Assembly: GCF_009914755.1 (NCBI RefSeq)
Contig: NC_060929.1
Reading direction: 5' to 3' (one strand)
DNA from: the human T2T-CHM13v2.0 reference genome, Homo sapiens
Length of the DNA stretch: 64,000 nt
Shown here piece after piece: positions 36,546 through 51,424 of the stretch. The notes under the pieces are model-generated. The model was not told the origin of the DNA and did no database searches. It was given only the letters and a program-made list of their open reading frames with translations. The position numbers were made by a program, and so were the translations under genes. How positions within the stretch are numbered: the first letter of the stretch is position 1; each line of letters begins with the position of its first letter.

Positions 36546-39001
36546 TTAATTCAGATACTGATTACCCTTCACTTGGCTACATGCTTTTGTTGATACATTA
36601 AATTTACCTCTTCTGTCAAAATAATAGGAAACTAAATTAGTAACTGGCATCAATGTGATGATGACTCTTGACGTCACTTGGTATAGTGCACACTTATAAG
36701 CCTCTTACCCCAACCATTCAGTGTAGGTTTACTAGTGGAGTTGGAATGGTAAACATTTTGAAATATCTGCCACAGGAACAATTTCCATTTTCTTCATTAA
36801 TATAATGGTGGAAGAATATTGAGTTCAGAATCAGATGTGGCTAACATTAGATCTTTTGCTTATTGATTATTTAGATTTTGGGCACATTGCTTAATCTGAG
36901 TGAATTTATTCATCTGTGAGGTGAGGATGACCACAAAAATTATAATGAGAAAAGCACTGTTGGGCCGGGAGTGGTGGCTCTCACACCTGTAATCCCAGCA
37001 CTTTGGGAGGCTGAGGCAGGTGGATCACCTGAGGTTGGGAGTTCAAGACCAGCCTGACCAACATGGAGAAACCCTGTCACTACTAAAAATACAAATTTAG
37101 CTGGGTGTGGTGGCACATGCCTGTAATTCCAGCTACTCGGGAGGCTGAGGCAGGCGGAGGTTGTGGTGAGCTGAAATCGCGCCATTGCACTCCAGCCTGG
37201 GCAACAAGAGCGAAACTCTGTCTCCCATTTAAAAAAAAAAAAAAGGCATTGTTAAGGTTAAATTGTCTACTATGTAAAAATATTTGGTCATGTCACAGGT
37301 GTTTAATAAATGTCAGCTAATTATGTTGTTCAAATCCAATAAATGAAGGAGATTCTAGTTGTAGCTTTGTTAGAAGGCAAAAATGAATTTCTAGGTAGTG
37401 GGCCAAAGAATGAAGTAGTTAAATGTAGTGATTGAGTCAGAAACTTCATGTATGTAGAAGGTAGCTATATGGAGAGTGTAGTGAAAGGAAAGAGGTGAGG
37501 AATTGAAATGTCAACTCTGAATTATCTGTGTGGCCAATTTACTTTGTATTATATGTGGCAGTATTTTTGTTCTAATTTGTCTTCCTGAGAATTGGGCCAG
37601 TTCCCCGTCATCACTGCATTTATAGAAGAAAACTAATTCTTACATTCATAGGTATGGGAAGAGCATGAATAACAAGACAATAAAAGTGATATTTAATATT
37701 TAAAGTCAATTATAGGGCCAGGATTGGTGGTCCAGGCCTGTAATCCTAGCACTTTGGGAGGCCGAGGTGGGAAGATCAGTTGAAGCCAAGAGTTTGAGAC
37801 CAGCCTGGGCAGCATAGTGAACCTTGTCTCTACAAAAATAAAAATAAAAAGGTCAGTTATTGTCAGGCTACATTTATTTGCGAGGATAGAGGGAAATAAT
37901 GTTAAGAAAATCCAAAGGTCACATTTGCCTTCAGTTGTTCTGAAATTTGAACATGAGAATACCTGTGTAGGTGAGGTTGATGTAATAAGCACATGAAACT
38001 TATAGAAGATAGTCACTTACTTTCTCATTTTATATAGGTATTAAGGTCTGTCATCAATATATAAGTTTTCTCTTTTAAAATGTAAACATTTGGGGTCTTC
38101 TTCATATAATTAACCAAGTCAGAAAGTAAACATTGGATAATGTTTGACTCTAAGAGCTTAAATACTTGGCAAGGTTTTCCTAGGAGAATTTGTGGAGAAA
38201 ATCTGTGAATAGATGAGCCAATTTTTAAATAATATAAAATGGGGATACATGATGCAAATTAATTCTTGCCTTTTAGTCCCACATCCCTTCTTCCATTACT
38301 TACAGGTTATTGTTACCATTAAGAACACTTCTTTTTCTTAAATGAGCAGGTTTATGTCGATTATTCAGAGTTGTTACACAGGACATAGATTGGTTTTATC
38401 ATGTCTATCTTAAAGTTTTTCTTTTTCTTACTCTTACCAGTCAACCTAAAATTCTTTTTTCCCTCTGATATCTAATTGCAGGTTAAGCAACCTGAAATTC
38501 TTGCAAAAGGGCACCTTTAATTTGAATTGTAATTGGAATCCTATGCTAGTGACAGTGTATGGCTTTTCTGTATTGTTTTCTAATAATTATTTGAATATGA
38601 AACATTCCACAGTAAATCCCAGACAAGAGCTATTGTTTTTCATTTTATAGGTGAGAGATTAAGTAACTTATATAAGATTATACAACTGGTAAGGTTGGAG
38701 CTAGTATTCAAATTCTGATAAATCTGGTACAAAAGTACACATTCTTCTGTAATATTTAAATGTGAATTCTTTTTGCAGTTTTTGAGTCAGAGTCTTGCCC
38801 TCTCCCCCAGGCATGAGTGCAGTGGTGCGATCATGGCTCATTGCAGCCCCAGCCTCCTAGGCTCAAGCGATCTTCCTGCCTCATTTTTAAATTTTTCATG
38901 GAGATGATGTCTCATTATGTTGCCCAGCCTGGTCTTGAACTCCTGGGCTCAAGTGATCCATCCCACCTTGGCCTCCGAAAGTGCTGGAATTACAGGTTTA
39001 A

Positions 39002-39301
<300 letters not shown>

Positions 39302-40123
39302 TGAGCCACTGCGCCCGGCCTAATATGAATTACTTTTTTTGTTTTTTTCTTTTTTTTGAGATGGAGTGTCACTCTGTCGCCCAGGCTGGAGTGCGGTGGT
39401 GTGATCTTGGCTCACTGCAACCTCCACCTCCCGGGTTCAAGCAGTTCTCTGCCTCAGTCTCCCGAGTAGCTGGGATTACAGGCGCCTGCCACCATACCTG
39501 GCTAATTTTTGTATTTTTAGTAGAGATGGGGTTTCACCATATTGGCCAGGCTGGTCTTGATCTCCTGACCTCGTGATCCACCTGCCTCGGCTTCCCAAAG
39601 TGCTGGGATTATAGGCATGAGGCACCGTGCCTGGCCTAATACGAATTCTTAATAAGCACAATAACGGTATATCCCTCCCCTTTCCTCTCAGTCCCTATCC
39701 TCTTTCTTCAGGGACTTTTGTCATCTCTTACTCTGCTACCTACTCTTCTGTGAATGATTTCTTAGGTTTCACTTTCCTTCTTTATAGAATATTTCATCAT
39801 TCTTTGTACTGAAGACCTCATTGAGGAACTAGCCAGAATATTTCTTACTCCTAGGCATCTAGGAATCCAGCTTTAGGAAAGGTGAAATTTGTACTCAGAA
39901 ACTATATTGAGGCTTAAAGATAGTATATCTACTTGCCTATCTAGTTTTCATGTCTTCTGCTTCCTTGTTTTTGTTTTGAGACAGGGTCCCACTCTGTGGC
40001 CCAGACTGGAGTACAGTTGTGCCATCACAGCTCACTACAGCCTCAACCTGGGCTCAAGGGATTCTCCTATGTCAGCCCCCCAAGTAGCTAAGACTACAGG
40101 TGCACATCACTGTGTCTGGCTAA

Positions 40124-40273
<150 letters not shown>

Positions 40274-40755
40274 TGATACCTTCATATTTATAAAAATTTT
40301 TATTTCTTCTTATATCTTCAGCTTTCCACATTGGATCATTTTCCTTCTGCCTAAAGTACATTCTTTAGAATTAGTAAGGATCTTTTGAATTATTCTATTT
40401 TTATCAAAGTTGCATTTCTGCCTTCTACCATATCTGGCATTTTCAAGTCCTGATCCCTTTGAGGCTCTATGTGGTAGATTAGGTCCTCCTCAGCTGTTAG
40501 GTTCCTTTGTGTACACTCTAAATTGAAACTTTTTATTTACTTCTCTAGAACTGTGTGTTGAAATCATTTTCTTGCTGATGACTCTACTCCTATTTTATAT
40601 AGTTGTGTTTGGTTTCCTCCCTTACAGTAATTTTAATATAAGAATCTAGAAGAAGATAAACTTGTGTGCTTAGCCACATTGAACTAGAAGTCTCTGTTAG
40701 CCATGTTTAAACTTACTTAGTTGTAGTATAGTGATAGAACTGCCCCCTGCTTTAA

Positions 40756-41229
<474 letters not shown>

Positions 41230-42571
41230 TGAGCTCCGGACCTCATGGTCTGCCCGCCTCATCTCCCAAAGTGCAGGGATTACAGGCTTAAGCCATCACG
41301 CGCAGCCTGTTTGAGATCTTTATTCATTTTTGTTTTGTTAACTTTGTTGTGTAATATCAGAAAAGCTATACTTTGGTAGTAATACTTTGTGTGTTTTTGT
41401 GTGCCAGAAGTTGTCTTTTTTAGCCCTTTATATTGGGCTTTTTTTAGACCGTCAGGAAGTTTCAATCTTTACCCTAGTAAGTCAACATGTGTTTAATTTT
41501 TGGAAAGATGAACCTTTTCTCAGATTATTTTAAGCCCTTGTTCTTTTTATCCTTTAGCATTTCAATAGGTGAAGCACCATACCGGCTTTATCTTTTGGAG
41601 AGCTTGAATCCTCCCATGAACTGGAGAGTCCCTCCGGGTTTCCCTAGGAGTCCATATTTAGTTTTGGGTTTTGAGATGATCCATGAGGAAGCTTGATTTA
41701 GTTTTTGAGGAGGGAATCATTACAGATATCTACCCAGCTCACTAATTCACATGATCTTATTTAATGTGGAGAACTTAATTTATTCTAAACTTTCCAGCTG
41801 TGAAACTGATGCTTTTAAAAGTTTTTGTAAGGGAAGAAAGAAAGACTTCACTGCAATGTCTGTTTGATTACACACACACATTGATTAAATTATAGGAATA
41901 ATAGGTATTTTTGGCAACTGCAGTAGTCTTGAGAAAAGTCTGCCTTTAGCAATTATTCGTAGTATTTATCTTCAGAAATCAGGATTGAGTTGGTTGGTCT
42001 GCATTCATATAATGCTTTGAATGTAGATAAATGGTCAATAAATACATGAATGAATTGATATTGTGAAATAGAATTCTCAGTCATAACTGAAGTATTTAGA
42101 AATAAAAGGAATGTAATTTCTTGCTTATTGGTAATAACTTTGTAAGTGGAGTAAAAAGAATGAAAAAATTGAAATTTTAATTCTCTTCAAATGGGGAAGG
42201 GAAAATAGAAATGTATTTTATATTCTAAATCTTAAGAGTCATTAGGTTGATGTTTGCAATTTTTTATAGTTAATGCAAGGCATGTTAAAATATAATTTGT
42301 CTTGGTTTTAACATTCTGAGCCACTGTGTAGCAGAATTTATCTGTATTACTTGACATTGCCCAATTCTTCCTATATTCTGTGGGATAATGTTTTAGCTTT
42401 ACTTGTTCAATTGGAATATAGTTTGTACTTTTTTAGTTTAGTTATTTTACCCAGGAGGCAGCTGTTAGTTAAAAAAAAAAAAAATTTGGAATATACTGTT
42501 CTTTTGGTGGTTTTATTCTATACTAAAACTTGAAATTGTGAGTGACTCTTGGTCATGCTTTATTTATGCAG

Positions 42572-42756
42572 AATATCCTCCGAATCCTAAATCTAGAGCT
42601 CCAAGGATGCTGGTCATTAAGAAAGGTAATACAAAAGACTTACAGCTATCTGGATTCCCAGTAGTAGGAAATCTTCCGTCACAGCCAGTTAAGAATGGAA
42701 CTGGTCCAAGTGTTTATAAAGGTTTAGTCCCTAAACCTGCTGCTCCACCTACAAAA
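42572..42756 (+). CDS. GPBP1: GPBP1 coding exon 5 (EYPPNPKS...APPTK)
   Basis: ttatgcag| ... AAA|gtaagt, 185 nt. Confidence 0.96.
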
Positions 42757-43346
42757 GTAAGTTCTAAATTACCACAAATGTAAATTTTGAGTTGATAACC
42801 AATTTATGTCCTATGGGGGGAAATGTTAAAGAATTTAAAGTGTGTATGGAGGTACTTCGTGGGGTGCTGAGTTCTAGGTGGCAAGAGTTGACCCATATGT
42901 GCTCTTAATTATCTTTGATGTGGTGTGTGCGTGTGTGTGGTTTTATTGTTTTAGCAGTAGTAAGTGAAACTTAAAAATTTTTTTTTTTTGCTAGATGTAG
43001 TTGTGATATATTTGCTTAATGATAATATATAATGCTGTTTTACCTGGTGCTCAGTTTTAGGTTTTGGAAACTCACATGTTTTTTCTTATTCTCAAGTGAA
43101 AGAAACCCAACTTTATGTAGCTTTGGAAAAATAGCAATTTAGTTAGATACCTAAATGTTCAGTTTTTATTTTATTTGTTGAAAAAGAAAGGGACAGAGAA
43201 CTATGTAGGAATAATGCAGTGTGATACAAAAATAATTGTTTCCATGAGCCTAGCGTAGTCATTTTTGTTTTATAATATTCACTGTTTTTGTCTTTCTCCT
43301 GTAACCTGTTTTTGATAGCCATTAATGTTTGTGTGTTTTTCTTTAG

Positions 43347-43487
43347 CCTACACAATGGAAAAGCCAAACAAAAGAAAATAAAGTTGGAACTTCTTTCCCT
43401 CATGAGTCCACATTTGGCGTTGGCAACTTTAATGCTTTTAAATCAACTGCCAAGAACTTTAGTCCATCTACAAATTCAGTGAAAGAG
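43347..43487 (+). CDS. GPBP1: GPBP1 coding exon 6 (PTQWKSQ...SVKE)
   Basis: ttttctttag| ... GAG|gtatga, 141 nt. Confidence 0.96.
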
Positions 43488-43689
43488 GTATGACATTAAA
43501 AATCACACTTGAGGAATGTAACATTTTAATTATGATAGTTTAACAGTGAATAAAAGGTAGAAATTCATTAAATGAATACATTAAAATGAGTTTCATTCCT
43601 TCAGAAAACTGGATTCATTTACTTCATTTGTTAACCAATTTTGCACTTTGGGAAAGTAGGAATCATTTAAAATATTTTAAATGAAAATT

Positions 43690-44312
43690 CCCAGCTCATT
43701 CCTATAATCCCAACATTTTGGGAAGTGGGACAGGAGGATCACTTGAGCCCAGGAATTTCAGACCAGCCTCGGCAATATGGTGAAACCCTGTCTCTACTTA
43801 AAAAAAAATAGCTGGGCATGGTGGTATGTGCCTGTGGTCCCAGATCTTGGGAGGCTGTTGTGGGAGGAACACCTGAGCCTGGGAATGTCAAGGCTGCAGC
43901 AAGCTGTGATTGTGCCACTGTACTCAAACCTGGGCAACAGAGTGAGACCCTGTCTCAAAAGTGGTGGCAGAGTGGGGATGGGGGGGAATTCCAAACATCC
44001 TAATAAACAAAGAATAATTTTTTGGGGGGTGGTAGGAGGGACAGAGTCTCTGTTGCTCAGGCTGGAGTACAGTGGCTCGTTTGTGGCTCACTGGTGCCTT
44101 GACCTCCTGGGCTCAAGCAGTCCTCCCATCTTAGTCTCCTGATTGTCTAGGACTACAGGTGCTTGCCACTGGGCCAGCTAATTTTTTACTTTTTGTAGAG
44201 ACGAGGATCTTGCTATGTTGTCCAGGCTGGTCTCAAACTCCTGGTGTCAAGTGATCCTCTCTCCTCAGCTTCCCAGTTCCTGGGATTACAGGCATGATCC
44301 ACCACACCTGGA
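43690..44312. mobile_element. Inverted old Alu pair (+43690-43960, -44040-44312)
   Basis: Diverged AluJ-like copies, tail-to-tail. Confidence 0.85.
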
Positions 44313-44612
44313 CCAAGAGTAATTTTTAAGAAAACAATTAAGAAAATTGCAATTTTCTTAATTTGATACTTGTGATAGTTACCTTGTAGGATTGAAATTA
44401 ACTAATGAGGATTTGTATTGTATAATGTCTTCTTTTGGGGATGATGGACATTTTATTACTATTAACACTGATTGGGGGGAAAGGAGGAACAAGAGAGAAA
44501 GGTATGTATTGTTACTGTACTGACTGTGAGTACCTGGTAGTTCAGGTATTTTCTTTCTCATTTGATCAAGGTTTTGAAACTCCCAGAACAGGGAGTTCTC
44601 TGACCAGTCTAG

Positions 44613-44990
<378 letters not shown>

Positions 44991-45677
44991 CTATTTTTTA
45001 TTTATGATCTCAGACAGAATTTTTGAGCTTTGAGGGAAGGACTAGCATTCCTAGCTGCTTAATTCTGCTAAGATTAGTTATAATATACATACATTAATGC
45101 CAACAAGTAAGCATTATTATGGTTTGTTTCCGTGACTAATAATCCATATGACACAGAGTTTTAACATTCTGTTTTGTGTTCCACTGTCAAAACACCAAAG
45201 AACCAAAAACAAAAGGATTCTTTCTCCTCTCCTCCCTGCCATCTCACAAACATTTTACCAGGTGAAATCCACTCTTATAAACCCTATGTATGTGTATAAA
45301 TAATTATAAAATACATTTTATTGGAGCTGTTACTGAACTCTAGAACTCTGTGTAACACAGTTTGAAAAGCTGCTCTTCTGTGTATTATAGAAAAGTTTAA
45401 ACAATTCTAGGATGCATTTATAAAATAATAGACACCTAATTTAGAATCATAGTTCTGAGTATTATCAGACCTTCATTGTTTGTGGGATAAGAAAATTATT
45501 TTGTTGACTCATTCAGTAGGGGAAAAAACAGGGATAGAACTAGACTGTAACATAGACATTATAATCAATTTTATTTTGTGAGTAAAGGTAAAATAGGAAG
45601 CTGTGGTAGTAGTGAATTTTATGTTGACATTGATTCCTTGGCTACATATTTATCAGTATTTCTGAATTTCCTCTTAG

Positions 45678-45845
45678 TGTAATCGCTCAAATTCCTCTTC
45701 TCCTGTTGACAAACTTAATCAGCAGCCTCGTCTAACCAAACTGACACGAATGCGCACTGATAAGAAGAGTGAATTTTTGAAAGCATTGAAAAGAGACAGA
45801 GTAGAAGAGGAACATGAAGATGAAAGCCGTGCTGGCTCAGAGAAG
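45678..45845 (+). CDS. GPBP1: GPBP1 coding exon 7 (CNRSNSS...GSEK)
   Basis: ttcctcttag| ... AAG|gtaatt, 168 nt. Confidence 0.96.
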
Positions 45846-45987
45846 GTAATTGAATTTATAGCAATACTTGATTTGACATTGATATGTCATTGAAATATTT
45901 GAGCATGTATTAGGACCTTGGAATACATTTGAATCATTTCCTTGGAAAGAAACTTGGAAAGCCATTTGCATAAATAATGACTTGGCT

Positions 45988-46677
45988 TCTCCCCTCCTCT
46001 CTCCTTTTCTCGCCTCCCCCCTTCCCCCTCCCCCTTCCCCTCTCCCCTTCCCCTCCTTCCCCCCTCCCCGTCCTTCCCCCTCCCCTTCCCGTCCTTCCCC
46101 CTCCCCTTCCCGTCCTTCCCCCTCCCCTCCTTCCCCCTCCCCTCCTTCCCCCTCCTCTCCTTCCCCCTCCCCTCCTTCCCCCTCCCCTCCTTCCCCCTCC
46201 CCTCCTTTCCCCTCCCCTCCTTCCACCTCCCCTTCCCCCCACCTCCTTCCGCCTCCCCCTACCCTTCCCCCTCACCTTCCCCTCATTCCCCCCTCCCCTT
46301 CCCCTCCTTCCCCTTCCCCATCCTCCTCCTTCCCCATCCTCTTCCTTCCCCCTCCCCCTTCCCCACCTTCCCCCTCCCCCTTCCCCTCCTTCCCCCTCCC
46401 TCCCCCTTCCCCCTCCCCACCTTCCCTGTCCCCCTCCTTCCCCCTTCCCCCTCCCCTCCTTCCCCTTTCCACCTTCCCCCTCCCCTCCTTCCCCCTTCCC
46501 CCCCCCTCCTTCCCCCTTCCCCCTTCCCTCCTTCCCCCTTCCCCCTCCCCTCCTTCCCCTTTCCCCCTTCCCTCCTTCCCCTTTCCCCCTTCCCTCCTTC
46601 CCCTTTCCCCCTTCCCTCCTTCCCCTTTCCCCCTTCCCCCTCCCCTCCTTCCCCCTTCCCCCTCCCCCTCCTCCTCG
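45988..46677. repeat. ~690-bp polypyrimidine/polypurine tract (CCCCTT/CCCCT/CCTT units)
   Basis: Read directly; abuts the 3' end of antisense Alu 46678-46989. Confidence 0.97.
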
Positions 46678-46828
46678 TTTGAGACAAAGTCTCACTCTAT
46701 CACCCAAGCGGAGTGTAAGGGCATCATCTTGGGCTGCAGCAGACTCCACTTCCCAGGTTCAAGCAATTCTTGTTCCTCAGCCTTCCTGGTAGCTGGGACT
46801 ATATTTATGTGCCACCACACCTGGCTAA

Positions 46829-46990
<162 letters not shown>

Positions 46991-47640
46991 TGACTTCATT
47001 TCTAAAGTAGATTTGCTTCATTCTATAGTTTCTGTGGAAAAATACATTTAAAAAGCATTCTTGTTTATATCTGCTCTCTTTTGCTTGTCCCATCTTGCCT
47101 GCCTTCATGCTTTTAATTTTGCATTTGTTGTATAGATATGAATACTTAGGGTAAGAAAGCTTTGGATATCCATCCTGGCTTAATTTTTCATTCCTAAATT
47201 TAACAATTATAAGTATTACGTTTATGGTTGTTGGTTTTTTTTTTTTTTTTTAGAGTTTTGCTCTTGTCTGGAGTATAGTGTACAATGGCATGATCTTGGC
47301 TCACTGCAACCTCCACCTCCTAGGTTCAAGCAATTCTCCTGCCACAGCCTCCCAAGCAGCTAGGACTACAGGCGTGTATCACCACGCCCAGCTAATTTTT
47401 TTGTATTTTTAGTAGAGATGGGGTTTCACCATTTTGGCCAGGCTCGTCGCAAACTCCTGACCTCAGATGATCCACCCGCCTTGGCCTTCCAAAGTGCTGG
47501 GATTACAGGGGTGAGCCACTGCGCCTGGCCACATTTATGTATTTTCAATGGAAGCTTAGTTAGGATCTATTAAAAGTTTTTAATAACTGTATTCTGTAGA
47601 ACTCATTCTTTTTTTTTTTTTTTAACTCTCTAAAAATCAG

Positions 47641-47828
47641 GATGACGACTCATTTAATTTACATAACAGCAATAGTACTCACCAAGAAAGGGATATAAAC
47701 CGAAACTTCGATGAAAATGAAATTCCTCAAGAGAATGGCAATGCCTCAGTGATTTCCCAGCAGATCATTCGGTCTTCAACCTTCCCACAAACTGATGTTC
47801 TTTCAAGTTCACTTGAGGCAGAACACAG
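47641..47828 (+). CDS. GPBP1: GPBP1 coding exon 8 (DDDSFNL...EAEH-R), followed by a GC donor
   Basis: aaatcag| ... CACAG|gctagt, 188 nt. Only the GC donor keeps the frame into LLKEMGW. Confidence 0.93.
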
Positions 47829-49033
47829 GCTAGTATTTGTTTGTACTTTTTGCTCAGCATTTTCTGTATTCGAGATTTCAATATTATAGAGTTTTTACGT
47901 GATTTAACAGGTTTATTGAAATACAACTTACGCCATAAATTTCACCCATTATGATATACAGATGGTTTTTAATATATTCAAAGTAGCCCTTTGTTCACTC
48001 GCATTTACTTTTCATTTGCACTCTGTCCTAGGCAGCTACTATTCTTTCTATAGATTTGCCTTGTGTATGTATCTTATATAAGTGGAATAATATAGTATGT
48101 GATTTTTGATGTCTAGCTTCTTTCACTAAGTATAATATTTTCAAGTTTTATTTGCATTGTAAGCACGTCAGTACTTTGTTCCTTTTTATTGCTGAATAGT
48201 ACACTATATGACTATACTGCTTTTTTGTTCATCAGTTGATGAATATTAGTTGTTTCCACCTCTTTTTTTTTTTTTTTTAACAGTAGGCTCTAGTCCAATC
48301 TACTTTTTGACTGTTTTGGATAATGCTGCTGTGAACATTCATATATAAGTTCTTGTGTGGATATGTTTTTATTTCTGTTGGATAGATACCTAGGAGTTGA
48401 ATTGCTGGGACATATGATAGTTGTGTTTCACATTTTTAGAAACTGACAAACTATTTTCCAAAATGACTATGTCATTTTACTTCCTTATCAGCAATATAGA
48501 AGGTTCTAGTTTCTCCACATTCTTACCAACACATGGTACCATCTATCTTTGATTACAGTCATTCTAGTGGGTGTGAAGTATGATTTCCCTAATGACTAAT
48601 AGTGTTGAGTATCTTTTTATGTGCTTATTGGCCATTTATCCTCTTTGGAGAGAAATAACTGTATAAATACTTTGCTCATTTAAAAATTACATTTTCTTAC
48701 TAAGTTGTAAGAGTTCTTTATATATTTGTGTATAAGTCTCATATATGATTGGCAGATAATTTCTCCCATTCTGTGAGTTTTTTCATTCTCTCAGTAGTGC
48801 AATCACCTCCCACCCACCCCCACCCCCACCCCCACAGGCACCTTTTGAGATGAGGTCTTTCTGTGTTGCCCAGACTGGTCTCAAGTGATCCTCCTGAGTA
48901 GCTGGGATTACAGGCTTGCACCACCATGCACGGCTTCAGTGGTACCTATTGAAGGGCAGAAAGTTTTAATTTTGATGTAGTTCATTTTTTTCCTTGTATG
49001 GTTTATGCAGGTTTCCTGGATGATGTGAGGTAG

Positions 49034-49306
<273 letters not shown>

Positions 49307-51050
49307 TGAGCTGAAGCGATCCTCCCGTCTCGCCCTCCCAAAGTGCTAGGAGTACAGGCATGAGCCACAGTGCCCAGCCAGTCATTTAGTTTTTATTGTA
49401 AATTTTTTTTTTTTTTTTGACAGGTCTTGCTCTGTTGCCCAGGCTGGAGTTCAGTGGCAGGATCTTGGCTCACTGCCACCTCACCTCCTGGGTTCCAGAG
49501 ATTCTTGTGCTTCAGCCTCCTCAGTAGTTGAGAATACAGGCACACGCCACCATGCCTGGCTAATTTTTGTCTTTTAGTAGAGATGGGATTTCATCATGTT
49601 GGCCAGGCTGTTCTCGAATTCCTGACCTCAAGTGATCCACCTGCCTCAGCCTCCCAAAGTGCTAGGATTACAGGTGTGAGCCACCACTCCCAGCCTGCTG
49701 TAAACTTTTAACAGCACTTTTTGCTTCCATCAGTATAGTCTAAAGCGTTTTAAAAAATAGTGATCTCTTAAGTGGTTTAGTCTTAGAATTGAAGAGTATT
49801 CATATCTAGAATTTATTTTTGTTTTTTTGTAGTTAAAAGCAGGTATTTTTGCAGAAATGACATACCCTTACTGTATTCCTTAAATAACCACATGGTTCGG
49901 CATAACTAAAAGATGTTGAAAACTACGAAAGCAAAGAAAGTTAATAGTTTATACCCTTAGATTATCATATTATTATTCTGTAATTGCTTTGTATAAACTG
50001 ATTTTTTTTTAACTTAAAAAGTCTTACATCTTCTAAGAGCAAGCTTAGGGCTAAGTTACATTTATTAACAGCCCAGTTGATTGACTTGACTTTTTGCCAG
50101 TTCTAGAACCTCATTTAATTCTAAGACAGTGGAAAACTGGGTTATATCTCCTCTTGGATAACTTTTGTGGAATTTATTTATAATTTCAACTTCTATTTTA
50201 ATTAAGAACATAAGCTACATGAGGCCAAACATTTTGTCCATCTTGTTCACTATATCTAGCACCTAGAATGGTGCTTGGCACATTACTTTGCTTAAATTTG
50301 TTAAATGAATGAGGGAAGTAAATATTGCAGTATTTTTCTACCTGTTATGTAAATCTGTAGTTTTTTTGAGGAATATTTTAATTTTACTTTTTATTTCTAA
50401 TTTTTTCAAATGTTTTAATAGTTTATATTTCTCCTGCCAAGGGTTATGGCTGCCCCCTTAAAAACAAAAAACAAAAAAAACATAGAGATGAGCTCTCACT
50501 GTGTCACTGTGTTTCCCAGGCTGATCTCAAAAACTCCTGGACTCAAGTGATACTCCTGCCTCAGCCTCCCAGAGGGCTGGGAGTAGAGGCGTGAGCCACG
50601 ACACCTGGCTAGATCTTCTTTCGTTCTTTTCTTTCTTTTTTTGAGGCAGGGTCTTATTCCATTGTCCAGCCTGGAGTGCAGTGGCACAGTGATGGTTCAC
50701 TGATACCACTCAAATGATGCTCCTGCCTCAGCCATTGGAACAGCTGGGATTACAGGTGTGTACCACCATGCCTGGCTAACTTCTGTATTTTTTGTAGAGA
50801 TGGGGTTTCGCCATGTTGCCCAGGCTGGTCTCAAACTCTTGGGCTCAAGCGATCCTCCTGCCTTGGCCTCCCAGAGTGCTGGGATTACAGCCACCATGCC
50901 CAGCCCTTCCCCACGCCCCTCGCTTTTTTTCCCTTAGATTGCTCCTTCAGAATAAATCTTTATCTTTCTGTCTTTAATCATATATTATTACTTTATCTTC
51001 GTGGTTACTTTTGTTTCCCTTCTCCAAATCATGTCCTGTTTTGCTTCTTA

Positions 51051-51424
<374 letters not shown>

